Below are positions 18,887 to 28,895 of a stretch of DNA of 64,000 bases, piece by piece (position 1 is the first letter of the stretch; each line of letters opens with the position of its first letter). The notes below the pieces were generated by a model. That model searched no databases. It was not told where the DNA came from and saw only the letters and a program-made list of their open reading frames with translations. Source of the stretch: Lachnospiraceae bacterium (GTDB lineage Bacteria > Bacteroidota > Bacteroidia > Bacteroidales > Bacteroidaceae); contig CAVCSC010000008.1 of the NCBI GenBank assembly GCA_963604975.1, positions 1,167 to 65,166 on the forward strand. The letters run 5' to 3'. Both the position numbers and the translations under genes were made by a program.

Positions 18887-19960
18887 TCATTCGTTTTCAA
18901 GGCAGCGCGCCACGGCTTCGGCCAGTCTCCGGCGGGCCACATCGGGCAGAAGGGCGTCTGCCGAAAGCGCATCAGTCCTGTTGATACAAAGCACATCGGC
19001 AAATCCGGCACTGCGCAGCGCATCGGCCTCATCGACACGTCCGGCCAACAGGGTCACGGGGACATGATGTTGCCGAGCCGACCGCAGTATTCGCTCGGGC
19101 AGTTTACCCATCAGTGTCTGCCTGTCGGCATGGCCTTCGCCTGTGAATACGCGGGTGCAACCGTCGAGCAGACTGTCAAAATGCAGTACCTGCAACAGCA
19201 GGTCGGCACCCGACTGACAGTCGGCATCGAGATACTGCATGAAGGCATACCCCAGTCCCCCTGCCGCTCCCGCTCCGGGACAGGCAGAACGGTCGTATCC
19301 GAAATGACGGGCCGAATGGTCGGCAAAGCGTGCGGCACGTCGGTCGAGCCGCTCCACCATGTCTGCGGTAGCCCCTTTTTGCGGAGCAAAGGTATGGGCA
19401 GCGCCATCCGGTCCGCAAAGCGGATTGCGCACATCACTGGCAAGGGTAAACCGACACTCGTCCAACAACGCCTTGACCTTGTCAAAGGTGGCATGGGGGG
19501 CCAGCCTGTCGACCAAGGCCCGCAGCATGCCGATACCAGCATCGCTCGTGGCACTGCCTCCGAGTCCGATGACAAACTGCCGGCAACCTCGCCGCACGGC
19601 ATCGGCCACCATCTCCCCTACCCCATAGGTAGTGGCGACAAGCGGATTGCGGTCTTCGGGTGCAATGAGGGTGAGTCCGCAAGCCTGGGCCGTCTCTATG
19701 ACGGCTACCCCATCGGGACAAAGGCCGTACCGGGCCACAACAGGACGCATCATCGCATCGTGTACCCGTACCTCCACCATCTCGCCCTGCATGGCTACGG
19801 TGAAGGCACCGGCCATACCCTCTCCGCCGTCCGACACCTCCAGGCACACCACTTCGGCCCCGGGACGCAGACTGCGGAGAACACCGGCAACGGTCTGTCC
19901 GGCCTCAGCCGAGGTCAGACACCCCTTGAAGGAGTCTATGGCAATGATGTATTTCGTCAT
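18887..19960 (-). CDS. Glycerate kinase
   Basis: IIAIDSFKGCL, SDGGEG, GLGGSATSDAG.GM, GAGAAGGLG, TGEG..D.QTL.GK. Confidence 0.93.
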   Translation of the reverse strand: MTKYIIAIDSFKGCLTSAEAGQTVAGVLRSLRPGAEVVCLEVSDGGEGMAGAFTVAMQGEMVEVRVHDAMMRPVVARYGLCPDGVAVIETAQACGLTLIAPEDRNPLVATTYGVGEMVADAVRRGCRQFVIGLGGSATSDAGIGMLRALVDRLAPHATFDKVKALLDECRFTLASDVRNPLCGPDGAAHTFAPQKGATADMVERLDRRAARFADHSARHFGYDRSACPGAGAAGGLGYAFMQYLDADCQSGADLLLQVLHFDSLLDGCTRVFTGEGHADRQTLMGKLPERILRSARQHHVPVTLLAGRVDEADALRSAGFADVLCINRTDALSADALLPDVARRRLAEAVARCLENE

Positions 19961-19994
19961 CTTCGGCTATGTGACGGTACGATGAAACAATGCG

Positions 19995-20399
19995 TCAGTC
20001 TTTTTTCTGTCGGGCACGTATCATCTTGACCACCCCGCACATGGCTTCGTAGCGGGTTTCGAGTGAGTCGCGGCGCAGACGCAGACGGTTGGCCGTGAGG
20101 TGGTCAGTGGCCGCATTCATCTGACGGATGGTCTCCTGCAACAGCACGTCGGTGCGGGCGACATCTTCCTGGGCCATACTGAGCGACGCGCTCTGCCAGA
20201 TGTGCAGGGCTTCCTTGCGGGCTTCGATGGCTTTCGGGTATTTCAACCGTAGCGACTCAATGGAGTCGAGTGTTTCGCGGTATTTTCCGCTTCCGTACAG
20301 TTGCTGGATACGCGCAAGAAGGGGGGCTGCCTTTTCATCGTCGGTCTTGGTGCAGCCGACGAGCGCAAGTGCGAACAATAGGGCGCAAATATATCTCAT
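19995..20399 (-). CDS. Hypothetical helical lipoprotein
   Basis: MRYICALLFALALVG-C lipobox; TACTTTTG -7 element at 20407-20414 just upstream. Confidence 0.75.
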   Translation of the reverse strand: MRYICALLFALALVGCTKTDDEKAAPLLARIQQLYGSGKYRETLDSIESLRLKYPKAIEARKEALHIWQSASLSMAQEDVARTDVLLQETIRQMNAATDHLTANRLRLRRDSLETRYEAMCGVVKMIRARQKKD

Positions 20400-20487
20400 A
20401 ATGGCGCAAAAGTATAAAATAATGTGGGAACGCAGGGGGAAGCGCGGCCAAATTTTAATAACTTTATGATTTGTGCAAAACTTTGCG

Positions 20488-20495
20488 TACCTTTG
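20488..20495 (+). promoter_or_regulatory. -7 promoter element for CCA-adding enzyme
   Basis: TACCTTTG. Confidence 0.55.
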
Positions 20496-20592
20496 CACCC
20501 CAAACCAAACCATGCGTGCATCTCGCAGATTGCAAGACGCAATGCTGCGCAACATTTTTCTGAACACGCCTCCATACAACAATAGACAAACA

Positions 20593-22026
20593 ATGAAGAT
20601 ATACAACGACGACGAACTGGCAGAAATTCTTGACAAGGAGATATTCCACAAAATAGGCGAAACGGCCGACGAACTGGGCCTGGAATGCTACGTTGTGGGC
20701 GGTTATGTACGCGACATCTTCCTCGAACGCCCGTCCAACGATATCGATGTCGTCGTCGTGGGCAGCGGCATAGCCATCGCCAAGGCCCTCAAAGGCAAAC
20801 TGGGAAAGAAAGCCCATCTCTCGGTGTTCCGCAACTTCGGAACGGCACAGGTGAAATACAAAGACACCGAAGTGGAATTTGTCGGTGCCCGACGCGAAAG
20901 TTACAGCCGCGACTCGCGCAAGCCTATCGTAGAAGACGGCACACTCGAAGACGACCAAAACCGCCGCGACTTCACCATCAATGCGATGGCCGTCTGCCTC
21001 AACAGCAAGCGGTACGGCGAACTTGTCGACCCCTTCGACGGACTGTACGACCTTGAGGACGGCATCATACGCACCCCGCTCGATCCCGACATCACCTTCA
21101 GCGACGACCCACTGCGCATGATGCGGTGCGTGAGATTCTCCGCCCAACTGCGCTTCATCATCGACGAGGAAACCTTTGAGGCCCTCGGACGCAATGCCCA
21201 CCGCATAGAGATCGTGAGCAAGGAGCGCATCGTCGATGAACTCAACAAGATCATGATGACCCGCGAACCCAGCCGCGGCCTCATCGAACTGCAACGCTGC
21301 GGACTGCTGCAACTCATCATGCCCGAGATTGCGGCACTCGACATCGTGGAGACCAAGAACGGACGCAGCCACAAAAACAATTTCTACCACACGCTTGAGG
21401 TCGTCGACAACGTGAGCCGCCACAGCGACAACCTCTGGCTACGTTGGGCCGCCCTCTTCCACGATGTGGGCAAGCCCCGCACCAAACGCTGGGAGCCCGT
21501 GGCCGGATGGACCTTCCACAACCACAACTACGTCGGCGCCAAGATGGTGCCGGAGATCTTCCGCCGCATGAAGTTGCCCATGGACATCAAGATGAAGTAT
21601 GTACAGAAACTCGTCGACCTGCACATGCGCCCCATCGCCATTGCCGATGAAGAGGTGACCGACAGTGCCGTCAGACGACTGATGAACGATGCCGGCGACG
21701 ACATCGACGACCTCATGACCCTCTGCGAAGCCGACATCACCAGCAAGAATCAGGTACGCAAACAGCGCTTCCTCGACAATTTCCGCACCGTGCGCGAAAA
21801 ACTCACCGACCTCAAGGAACGCGACTACAAGCGCCTGCTCCAACCCTGCATCGACGGCAACGAAATCATGGAGATCTTCCACCTCACCCCCTGCCGCGCC
21901 GTGGGCATACTGAAACAGACCCTCAAGGAGGCCGTGCTCGACAACACCGTACCCAACGAACGCGACCCCCTCATGCGCCTCCTTCTCGAAAAAGCGGGAG
22001 AGATGGGACTGGAAACGAAAGAATGA
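20593..22026 (+). CDS. CCA tRNA nucleotidyltransferase / poly(A) polymerase family with HD domain
   Basis: YVVGGYVRD..L....DIDVVV, RRDFTINA, DDPLRMMR, ERI..EL, LFHDVGKP. Confidence 0.93.
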   Translation: MKIYNDDELAEILDKEIFHKIGETADELGLECYVVGGYVRDIFLERPSNDIDVVVVGSGIAIAKALKGKLGKKAHLSVFRNFGTAQVKYKDTEVEFVGARRESYSRDSRKPIVEDGTLEDDQNRRDFTINAMAVCLNSKRYGELVDPFDGLYDLEDGIIRTPLDPDITFSDDPLRMMRCVRFSAQLRFIIDEETFEALGRNAHRIEIVSKERIVDELNKIMMTREPSRGLIELQRCGLLQLIMPEIAALDIVETKNGRSHKNNFYHTLEVVDNVSRHSDNLWLRWAALFHDVGKPRTKRWEPVAGWTFHNHNYVGAKMVPEIFRRMKLPMDIKMKYVQKLVDLHMRPIAIADEEVTDSAVRRLMNDAGDDIDDLMTLCEADITSKNQVRKQRFLDNFRTVREKLTDLKERDYKRLLQPCIDGNEIMEIFHLTPCRAVGILKQTLKEAVLDNTVPNERDPLMRLLLEKAGEMGLETKE

Positions 22027-22064
22027 TGGCAGGCGGATTCTAAAATGTAGTACACACCCCTACA

Positions 22065-25000
22065 ATGATGCCAACAAATCTATCTACGCATTTAACGGAA
22101 AACTCCAACACCCCCCACGTCCTGGAACGCTTCTCTACAGAAGACCTTCGACAATTGTGTTTCATTGCCTATTTCGGCAATGAAAGCACAAGCGGTGTCG
22201 GGACGTATATGAAGATGTTCGGCCTGCCTGACCGCGACTTCTACAATGACAACGCCCTGAAGTTGCAGCAGGAGGGCCTGTTGGTGACACGAAATATGGT
22301 TAGTCCGGAGTGGCATCTTGACCTGATTGACTACTTGGCCACCAAGCACCCGGAGTGGGTGGAGCAATTCCGCCGGATACAGAGTTGCACCCCCTCTCAC
22401 AGTTGCGACTATCTATGGCGACTGGCCAAAGCCCTGAGAAACGATGACTTTGAAGGCGCCAAACGTATATCGAAGCCCTATGAAGGTATAGGGAGAAAAC
22501 TCTTCAATATCTTTCCCTACATACGCCACAGAGCCATAGCAGACCCGAGATATGCCCATCTGCTGGACAACGAGCAACTCCACTCTATGGTTACGGAAAC
22601 GATGGAACATCTCTTCACGGCAGATACGCTCGATGAAGATACGCTGGCGAGCATAGAGAAGATGATTCCAACGTATCATCCTGCCTACTCTGAAATACGC
22701 GACCGGATAAGTCTCTATCGCTATTTTATCTCCGGAAAGACCAATGGTGAAGGCCATCAAACCACATGGTCGATGGCCCAGCATGCCATAGACGCACTCT
22801 ATCATGGAGACGTGGAGGATGCCTTTGCCTTGTTTCGGAAGGCTCTCAAAAAACAAGGACGAAACGCAGGAGCGTTCCCTCGGCCATTGCTCAATTATTG
22901 CTATGTGATAAGCCTCCTTCGTTTTCGTACAAAATATGGGCCACTGTCGGTCACGAAAGAAACGGATGCCCTACGCCAAGCCTCGTCTTTCAGAACTGAC
23001 CATGCCCATTTTGCAGCCAAACTCTTGCTTGATTATTCTGACTCGGATGCGTCATCTGCTCGGGAGGAGATACGGCGGCGCATTGCCGGTGCACGGGCAA
23101 GTGCCGATACCCCGCAAAAAAGATATTTTGCGTTTTTGATGAGCAGATATTTCGATCTGCCGGATGATGACACGCCTTACCAACAGCCCTCTGCCGCCAT
23201 CCTCATGCATGAATGCTCGCTCTACAAGGCAGCCAGCATGAGTTGTCGCGAGGAACTGGTATCGCTCTTTGGCGGTACCCCGCTACTTTCGACCATACGC
23301 AAGAAACAACCTTGGGAAATTCTCCTGGGCGAGATAGACAATGTGGCGAAAACACAGGTAGACAACCGTCGCCGCCGGATTGTATATTTTCTCAACCGAC
23401 AGACACTGTCTGGAATTGTGGAGCAGGTGGAAGACGAACCGGGAACATGGCGTGACGAAAAGTTGCTTTCCAAAAAAATCATGGCCGACGAGGGTTACGA
23501 CTCCATGGACGCTGCAGATACAAGAATAGCGGTCGGCCTGGCTGGAAAGGCAGACTGGCAGACCGATGCAGACATCATCGTACCCCTGCTTGCCGATACC
23601 GACCGACTGTACATAGGCGTGGAGTATCTGCCCACACGACAGATGGCCACCATCAATGTAGAGAAACCGTATGTGGAATTTCACGGCGAGGCAGACAAGA
23701 TTGTGATCCGTACAAATGCACTCCGCCAACCCGACGGTTCGCTGCGCAAACATTCAGTGACGTTTGCAGAGTCCGCCTATACGCTGGTATCCTTGAACCC
23801 GCTTCAGAAAGACATTCTTGACCGCCTCGTCGCAACGAAAACGCTGCCGGTATCAGCCACTCCCAGTTTGAGAAAGACGATAGCAAGTCTGAAGGGTATC
23901 ATAGATGTCAAGGAAGACATCCTGTCTGACATGGAAAGTACTGCCTTCGAGAGTGCCGGCCGATTGGCCGTGCGTATAGAGCCTGCTCCTGACCGTGAAT
24001 ACCAGATGACCATACTTGCTGCACCTATGCCCAACGGCATGGCCAGACTGGAACCGGCTGCCGGCGAGGAGTATGTGTATGACGAGGATGCGCAAGGCCG
24101 GGTGCACATGGTGCATCGCAACATGACGATGGAAGCAGACAACCTTGAGCACATCAACAACTATGCCCTGCAGTCTGGCATGGAGCAGACCGCACCCAAT
24201 ATCTACAATATTGGCGAAGACCGTGCCTTGTTGCAATTGATGTTGTTCTGCCATGACCAGGAAGCGTGCTACGTCATGGAGTGGCCGCAAGGACATGCAC
24301 TGAAATTCAAAGGAGTGCTGACCACCAACGACATCCATATCGATGTGCGAGGCGACAACGAATGGTTTGCCGTAGAAGGAGACATACGTGTCGGCGACCG
24401 GAAAATCACACTCGAAGACCTGCTGAAAGCATGCAGCCAGACAGAAGGGGATTTTGTCAAGGTGGGCGAAAACGAATATGTGCAGATGACCGATACACTG
24501 CGTCGCCACATCGCCGAACTCGATGCCGTACTCCTCATGGGCGAGCACAAACGCAGACAAATACCCAAATATCTCGTAGGGTCGCTGGCAAAGACCTTGG
24601 AAAAACTGGAATACAGTACCGACAACAGTTATCGGGACTTCATGCTGAAGATGAAGCAAGCCTACGAGCGTGATATCGAAGTACCCGCAGATCTACAGGC
24701 TACGCTCCGCCCGTACCAGAAAGACGGATATGTATGGATGAAACGTCTTGATGCGTGGGGAGCGGGTGCCTGTCTTGCCGATGACATGGGACTCGGCAAG
24801 ACCTTGCAGACATTGGCCTTTATCCTGAGCAAAGCCAATGGTGGCCCGGCATTGGTAGTGGCTCCGAAGTCGGTCATCCCCAACTGGGTGAAAGAGACCA
24901 ACCGCTTTGCCCCCTCACTCCAAGTCACGGTACTGAATGATGCTGACAATCGCCAACAGGCCGTAGGCGATGCCGGCCCACACTCGCTTGTGCTATGCAC

Positions 25001-26087
25001 TTACGGAGTACTGACTACGGAGGAACATCTGCTTGCGTCCAAAGAATGGGAGGTGGCGTGCCTGGACGAGGCCCAACAGATCAAAAACCGGAATACCTAC
25101 GTCTCGCAGGCTGCCATGAACCTGCGTGCCCGGAGCCGTATTGCCCTCACTGGTACTCCTCTGCAAAACCATGTGGGCGAGATATGGAACCTGATGCAGT
25201 TTATCAATCCCGGACTGCTGGGACGATGGAATGTCTTTCGCGATACCTACGTCAACGCCACGCTCGACGAGACCCACTATGAGATGCTACAGGAGATGAT
25301 TCAGCCATTCATTCTCAGACGTACCAAGCAACAAGTACTCGCCGACTTACCGGAGAAGACGGAAGACGTACACTATGTGGAAATGACAGAACAGGAACTG
25401 GCTGTCTACGAAAAAATGCGCCAGACGGTAGAACTGAAGTTCAAGAAGAACAAGACCAAGGCGGAGCGTCAGGCCGCCAAAGAAATTGATGTCAGCTACT
25501 TCGACGAACTCATGAAACTTCGCCTTGCAAGTTGTGACATGCACCTTGTACACAGTTCATGGGGAGCGTCTTCCACAAAGATCACTTCACTGATGGAGAT
25601 ACTTGACACGCTACTCGCCATTCCCGAGAATAATGTGCTGGTTTTCTCCCAGTTTACCAGTTTTCTCGCACGCATAAAACCCGAGTTGAAAAATCACGGA
25701 TGGGAATATCTCTATCTCGACGGGCAGACACCGATGAAGCAACGGCAAGAGATGGTGGAACAGTTCCAACGGAGCGAACGCCGCCTCTTCCTGGCCAGCC
25801 TGAAAGCAGGAGGACTGGGCATCAATCTGACCGCTGCCAACTATGTGATACTGCTTGACCCTTGGTGGAACCCGGCAATAGAGCAGCAGGCCACAGACCG
25901 CACACACCGTATCGGACAGAAACGCTGCGTGTCAGTGATTCGCCTTATCAGCAGCCACACCATAGAAGAAAAAATCATCCGGTTGCACGAGAAAAAGCAA
26001 CAGTTGTCCGACAAAGTCCTTGACGGCACTTCCGAAAGCCACAAACTCACTTACGAGGATATTCTCGACATGGTGTCACCCTATTGA
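22065..26087 (+). CDS. Large SNF2-family helicase/ATPase (1340 aa)
   Basis: LRPYQ, LADDMGLGKT, DEAQ, LTGTP..N, FILRRTK, LVFSQF, SLKAGG.G.NL, DPWWNPA.E.QA.DR.HRIGQ; ~870-aa N-terminal region not recognised. Confidence 0.93.
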   Translation: MMPTNLSTHLTENSNTPHVLERFSTEDLRQLCFIAYFGNESTSGVGTYMKMFGLPDRDFYNDNALKLQQEGLLVTRNMVSPEWHLDLIDYLATKHPEWVEQFRRIQSCTPSHSCDYLWRLAKALRNDDFEGAKRISKPYEGIGRKLFNIFPYIRHRAIADPRYAHLLDNEQLHSMVTETMEHLFTADTLDEDTLASIEKMIPTYHPAYSEIRDRISLYRYFISGKTNGEGHQTTWSMAQHAIDALYHGDVEDAFALFRKALKKQGRNAGAFPRPLLNYCYVISLLRFRTKYGPLSVTKETDALRQASSFRTDHAHFAAKLLLDYSDSDASSAREEIRRRIAGARASADTPQKRYFAFLMSRYFDLPDDDTPYQQPSAAILMHECSLYKAASMSCREELVSLFGGTPLLSTIRKKQPWEILLGEIDNVAKTQVDNRRRRIVYFLNRQTLSGIVEQVEDEPGTWRDEKLLSKKIMADEGYDSMDAADTRIAVGLAGKADWQTDADIIVPLLADTDRLYIGVEYLPTRQMATINVEKPYVEFHGEADKIVIRTNALRQPDGSLRKHSVTFAESAYTLVSLNPLQKDILDRLVATKTLPVSATPSLRKTIASLKGIIDVKEDILSDMESTAFESAGRLAVRIEPAPDREYQMTILAAPMPNGMARLEPAAGEEYVYDEDAQGRVHMVHRNMTMEADNLEHINNYALQSGMEQTAPNIYNIGEDRALLQLMLFCHDQEACYVMEWPQGHALKFKGVLTTNDIHIDVRGDNEWFAVEGDIRVGDRKITLEDLLKACSQTEGDFVKVGENEYVQMTDTLRRHIAELDAVLLMGEHKRRQIPKYLVGSLAKTLEKLEYSTDNSYRDFMLKMKQAYERDIEVPADLQATLRPYQKDGYVWMKRLDAWGAGACLADDMGLGKTLQTLAFILSKANGGPALVVAPKSVIPNWVKETNRFAPSLQVTVLNDADNRQQAVGDAGPHSLVLCTYGVLTTEEHLLASKEWEVACLDEAQQIKNRNTYVSQAAMNLRARSRIALTGTPLQNHVGEIWNLMQFINPGLLGRWNVFRDTYVNATLDETHYEMLQEMIQPFILRRTKQQVLADLPEKTEDVHYVEMTEQELAVYEKMRQTVELKFKKNKTKAERQAAKEIDVSYFDELMKLRLASCDMHLVHSSWGASSTKITSLMEILDTLLAIPENNVLVFSQFTSFLARIKPELKNHGWEYLYLDGQTPMKQRQEMVEQFQRSERRLFLASLKAGGLGINLTAANYVILLDPWWNPAIEQQATDRTHRIGQKRCVSVIRLISSHTIEEKIIRLHEKKQQLSDKVLDGTSESHKLTYEDILDMVSPY

Positions 26088-26108
26088 GCATGGTATCACC
26101 CTATTAAA
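26069..26108 (+). repeat. 20-bp tandem duplication of the SNF2 gene 3' end
   Basis: CATGGTGTCACCCTATTGAG / CATGGTATCACCCTATTAAA; both read MVSPY-stop. Confidence 0.85.
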
Positions 26109-26117
26109 GTGACGAAG

Positions 26118-27527
26118 ATGAAAGATATACGAGAAAGAACAGCAACTATAATCACGGCACTGAGCAAAGGTGCCTATGAGCGCGAAGAGGCTATCGCCCT
26201 GTCTCTGTTGTCCGCCTTGGCCGGAGAATCCATCTTTCTGTTGGGTCTACCCGGTGTGGGCAAGAGCATGATTGCCCGGCGACTGAAGATGGCCTTCAAG
26301 GAAGCACGTTCCTTTGAATATCTGATGAGTCGCTTCTCTACCCCTGACGAAATCTTCGGTCCGGTATCGATATCGAAGTTGAAAGACCAGGACACCTACG
26401 AGCGGGTGACCGAAGGCTATCTCCCGACGGCCGATGTGGTTTTCCTCGACGAGATATGGAAGGCTGGCCCTGCCATACAAAACTCACTGCTGACTGCCAT
26501 CAACGAGCGTATATACCACAATGGCAGCCATGACATGGCACTTCCGCTGAAGATAGTCATTTCTGCCTCCAATGAATTGCCAGCCGAGGGTGAAGGACTT
26601 GAAGCCCTGTGGGACCGCTTCCTTATCCGCTATGTGGTAGAACCCATATCAGACAAGCAAGCATTCATACGATTGCTCACCGAGCGGGACCAACCTTGTA
26701 CCGTAGACGAGTCGTTAGTTTTCGATGAGGGAGAACTGCGTACGCTGAAAGGCATGGCCTCCGAGGTCATACTGCCGCAATCAATACTGGACACGATATG
26801 CAAGTTGCGCGATACGCTGAACAATCCTACTCTTGCGCCGGGACTTATGTCTTCAAGCAACGCCTTTCCTTATGTGTCCGACCGCCGCTGGCGAAAAATC
26901 ATCGGAATACTCCGAATGTCGGCGTGTCTGAACGGTCGCACTGAAGTCGATGCTTCAGACTGTCTGCTGCTTGAACACATGATTTGGGATGCCGATGACC
27001 AAAGAGCAGCCGTAAGGAAAATGGTGGCTGAAAATATCGTTGACGCTCTCGCCATAGAACGGCCATCGTCAATCTTGGCAGACAGTCTCTCCACCGAAAA
27101 TGTCACCCGACCTATCGGAAACCTCTATTCACCCGACGGCCTGCACTATATTTTCACTGCCGGTGGCGAGGAGATAATGATTGCAAAGAGCGATTATGAG
27201 AAGTTGGATGCTCATACAATTTTCGGGACAATAACCACCGGCAATGTGTTGGTGTTCAATACGGGAAAAAGAGAGTTCTCCGTGAGGAAAACACGTGAAG
27301 GAAATATCCTGATCAACTCGTTCACCTATCTGCTCCGTCGCGACAATCCTCTCAGAACCGGGAACACAGACACCTTGCTGGATGCAATAAACGCTGGTGC
27401 AAACGAGGCCTATTCCTTAGTGATGACACAGATAGCGAACAATCTATTTCTCCGTCAGGCAAAGACCTATCATGATGTGAGACAGGCATTCAAGAGCGCA
27501 GGAATTGACAAGTCATACTTCAAGTGA
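26118..27527 (+). CDS. MoxR/RavA-type AAA+ ATPase
   Basis: Walker A GLPGVGKS, FEYLMSRFSTPDEIFGP, Walker B VFLDEIWKA, SASNELP, EALWDRF, SDRRW. Start ATG 26118 or GTG 26109. Confidence 0.92.
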   Translation: MKDIRERTATIITALSKGAYEREEAIALSLLSALAGESIFLLGLPGVGKSMIARRLKMAFKEARSFEYLMSRFSTPDEIFGPVSISKLKDQDTYERVTEGYLPTADVVFLDEIWKAGPAIQNSLLTAINERIYHNGSHDMALPLKIVISASNELPAEGEGLEALWDRFLIRYVVEPISDKQAFIRLLTERDQPCTVDESLVFDEGELRTLKGMASEVILPQSILDTICKLRDTLNNPTLAPGLMSSSNAFPYVSDRRWRKIIGILRMSACLNGRTEVDASDCLLLEHMIWDADDQRAAVRKMVAENIVDALAIERPSSILADSLSTENVTRPIGNLYSPDGLHYIFTAGGEEIMIAKSDYEKLDAHTIFGTITTGNVLVFNTGKREFSVRKTREGNILINSFTYLLRRDNPLRTGNTDTLLDAINAGANEAYSLVMTQIANNLFLRQAKTYHDVRQAFKSAGIDKSYFK

Positions 27528-27536
27528 CGGTAAGTA

Positions 27537-28895
27537 GTGAAACGGTACAAGGCACTGATAAGAAAACTCATTGAGGCAGCGGCAGATGCTGACTCGACCG
27601 GACAAGACATCGCTGAAGTCCTCAGATACAGGTGCTTCAACGAGACAGGACTTGTGCGTCAGACACTGATGAATGCCGTCTGCGACCCAAGATTCAAGAT
27701 TGGTGCCAGTTATGTTGGCTCTTGGCGTGAAGATGCACGCCGCGGATTGCAGCAACTGGCCGACACATTGGAGGCAACAGATCCGCTGACGGAAGAAAAG
27801 GCTTACTATACGCTCGATGATTTCCTGGGGCGATGGTTCAGAGAACGGCTCGGTCGGCTGCATCCGACCACGGGAACAGACCAAAAGGAGAAAAACCCTC
27901 TGGCACAGACGCTTTTGGAATTCGAGACCTCTCTGAAAGCCATTGATGACTCAGATGAGAAAGAGAAAACTATAGGTGACTCAGACGAGAAAGAAGCTGC
28001 TCTGGAAAACTGCACGGGTGATGACTCGAATAAAGAGGGAACAGAAATACACGAGGCCTCCCCACAAGAGCAAATCGTTCTTTTGGAAGACATGTTCCTA
28101 AGCAAGATACCTCTTTCACTCATCACGCTGGTCAGAAAAATCGGACGAGTGGGTGAATATGGGCATCGGCAACACGGACGTTTCATGAGAGCCGGAAAAA
28201 GCGACATCGCCGGCATCACTATCGGCAATGATATCACAGCCGTCCTTCCGACTGAATTGGCGCTACTGGCCGAAAAAAAGACACAAGACCTCTTTTATCA
28301 TCGCTTCGCCGCACACCGCTTGCAACTCTTTGCATCAGCATCACAATCGGATCATGAAAAACGGCATCAAGACGGACCGGTCATCATCTGCACAGACACC
28401 AGCAACTCAATGGCAGGACGACCAATGATGATAGCCAAGGTGATAACCATTGCCGCGTTTATAATCGCGTGGCGGCGCAAGCGCGATGTCATCATCGTAA
28501 AATACTCCGACAGTTACGACTGCCTGGATCTCGGCCACAGTCGTTCACGCCTGCCCGACCTGCTGACGTTTATGCGCACGGTAACCAGCGGCGGCAATAA
28601 TGAGAATGAGATGTTCGACTGGCTGTTCGGAGATATTCTTCCTGGTCTCCCCGCATACAAGACCGCAGACCTACTGTGCATCTCCGACTTCGGCTGGACC
28701 ACCTTGTCGGACGACACCATTCAGACCATCAAGGCACAGAAAGAACGCGGGATGCGTTTCTACGGACTCAATATCGAGTCAGAAACATCGTCCATCATGT
28801 CACCGGCACCGCACGACGGTCTGGCTCCAATGCAGGTATGCGATGCGGTCTGGACCTATCAGCATGGAGAATGCAAAGAGGTGAAGACACCTTGA
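27537..28895 (+). CDS. ViaA-like von Willebrand factor A domain protein
   Basis: DI.GIT.GNDI..VLP.ELALL, GPVIICTDTSNSM (MIDAS DxSxS), SGGN, LCISDF; GTG start. Confidence 0.88.
   Translation: MKRYKALIRKLIEAAADADSTGQDIAEVLRYRCFNETGLVRQTLMNAVCDPRFKIGASYVGSWREDARRGLQQLADTLEATDPLTEEKAYYTLDDFLGRWFRERLGRLHPTTGTDQKEKNPLAQTLLEFETSLKAIDDSDEKEKTIGDSDEKEAALENCTGDDSNKEGTEIHEASPQEQIVLLEDMFLSKIPLSLITLVRKIGRVGEYGHRQHGRFMRAGKSDIAGITIGNDITAVLPTELALLAEKKTQDLFYHRFAAHRLQLFASASQSDHEKRHQDGPVIICTDTSNSMAGRPMMIAKVITIAAFIIAWRRKRDVIIVKYSDSYDCLDLGHSRSRLPDLLTFMRTVTSGGNNENEMFDWLFGDILPGLPAYKTADLLCISDFGWTTLSDDTIQTIKAQKERGMRFYGLNIESETSSIMSPAPHDGLAPMQVCDAVWTYQHGECKEVKTP

Noticed and set aside
18833..20029. 398-aa plus-strand ORF
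   Set aside because: Antisense to glycerate kinase; no protein-like features.
27945..28035. Short internal duplication (DSDEKE twice) in the vWA gene
   Set aside because: Low-complexity acidic linker, common in vWA partners; not informative alone.
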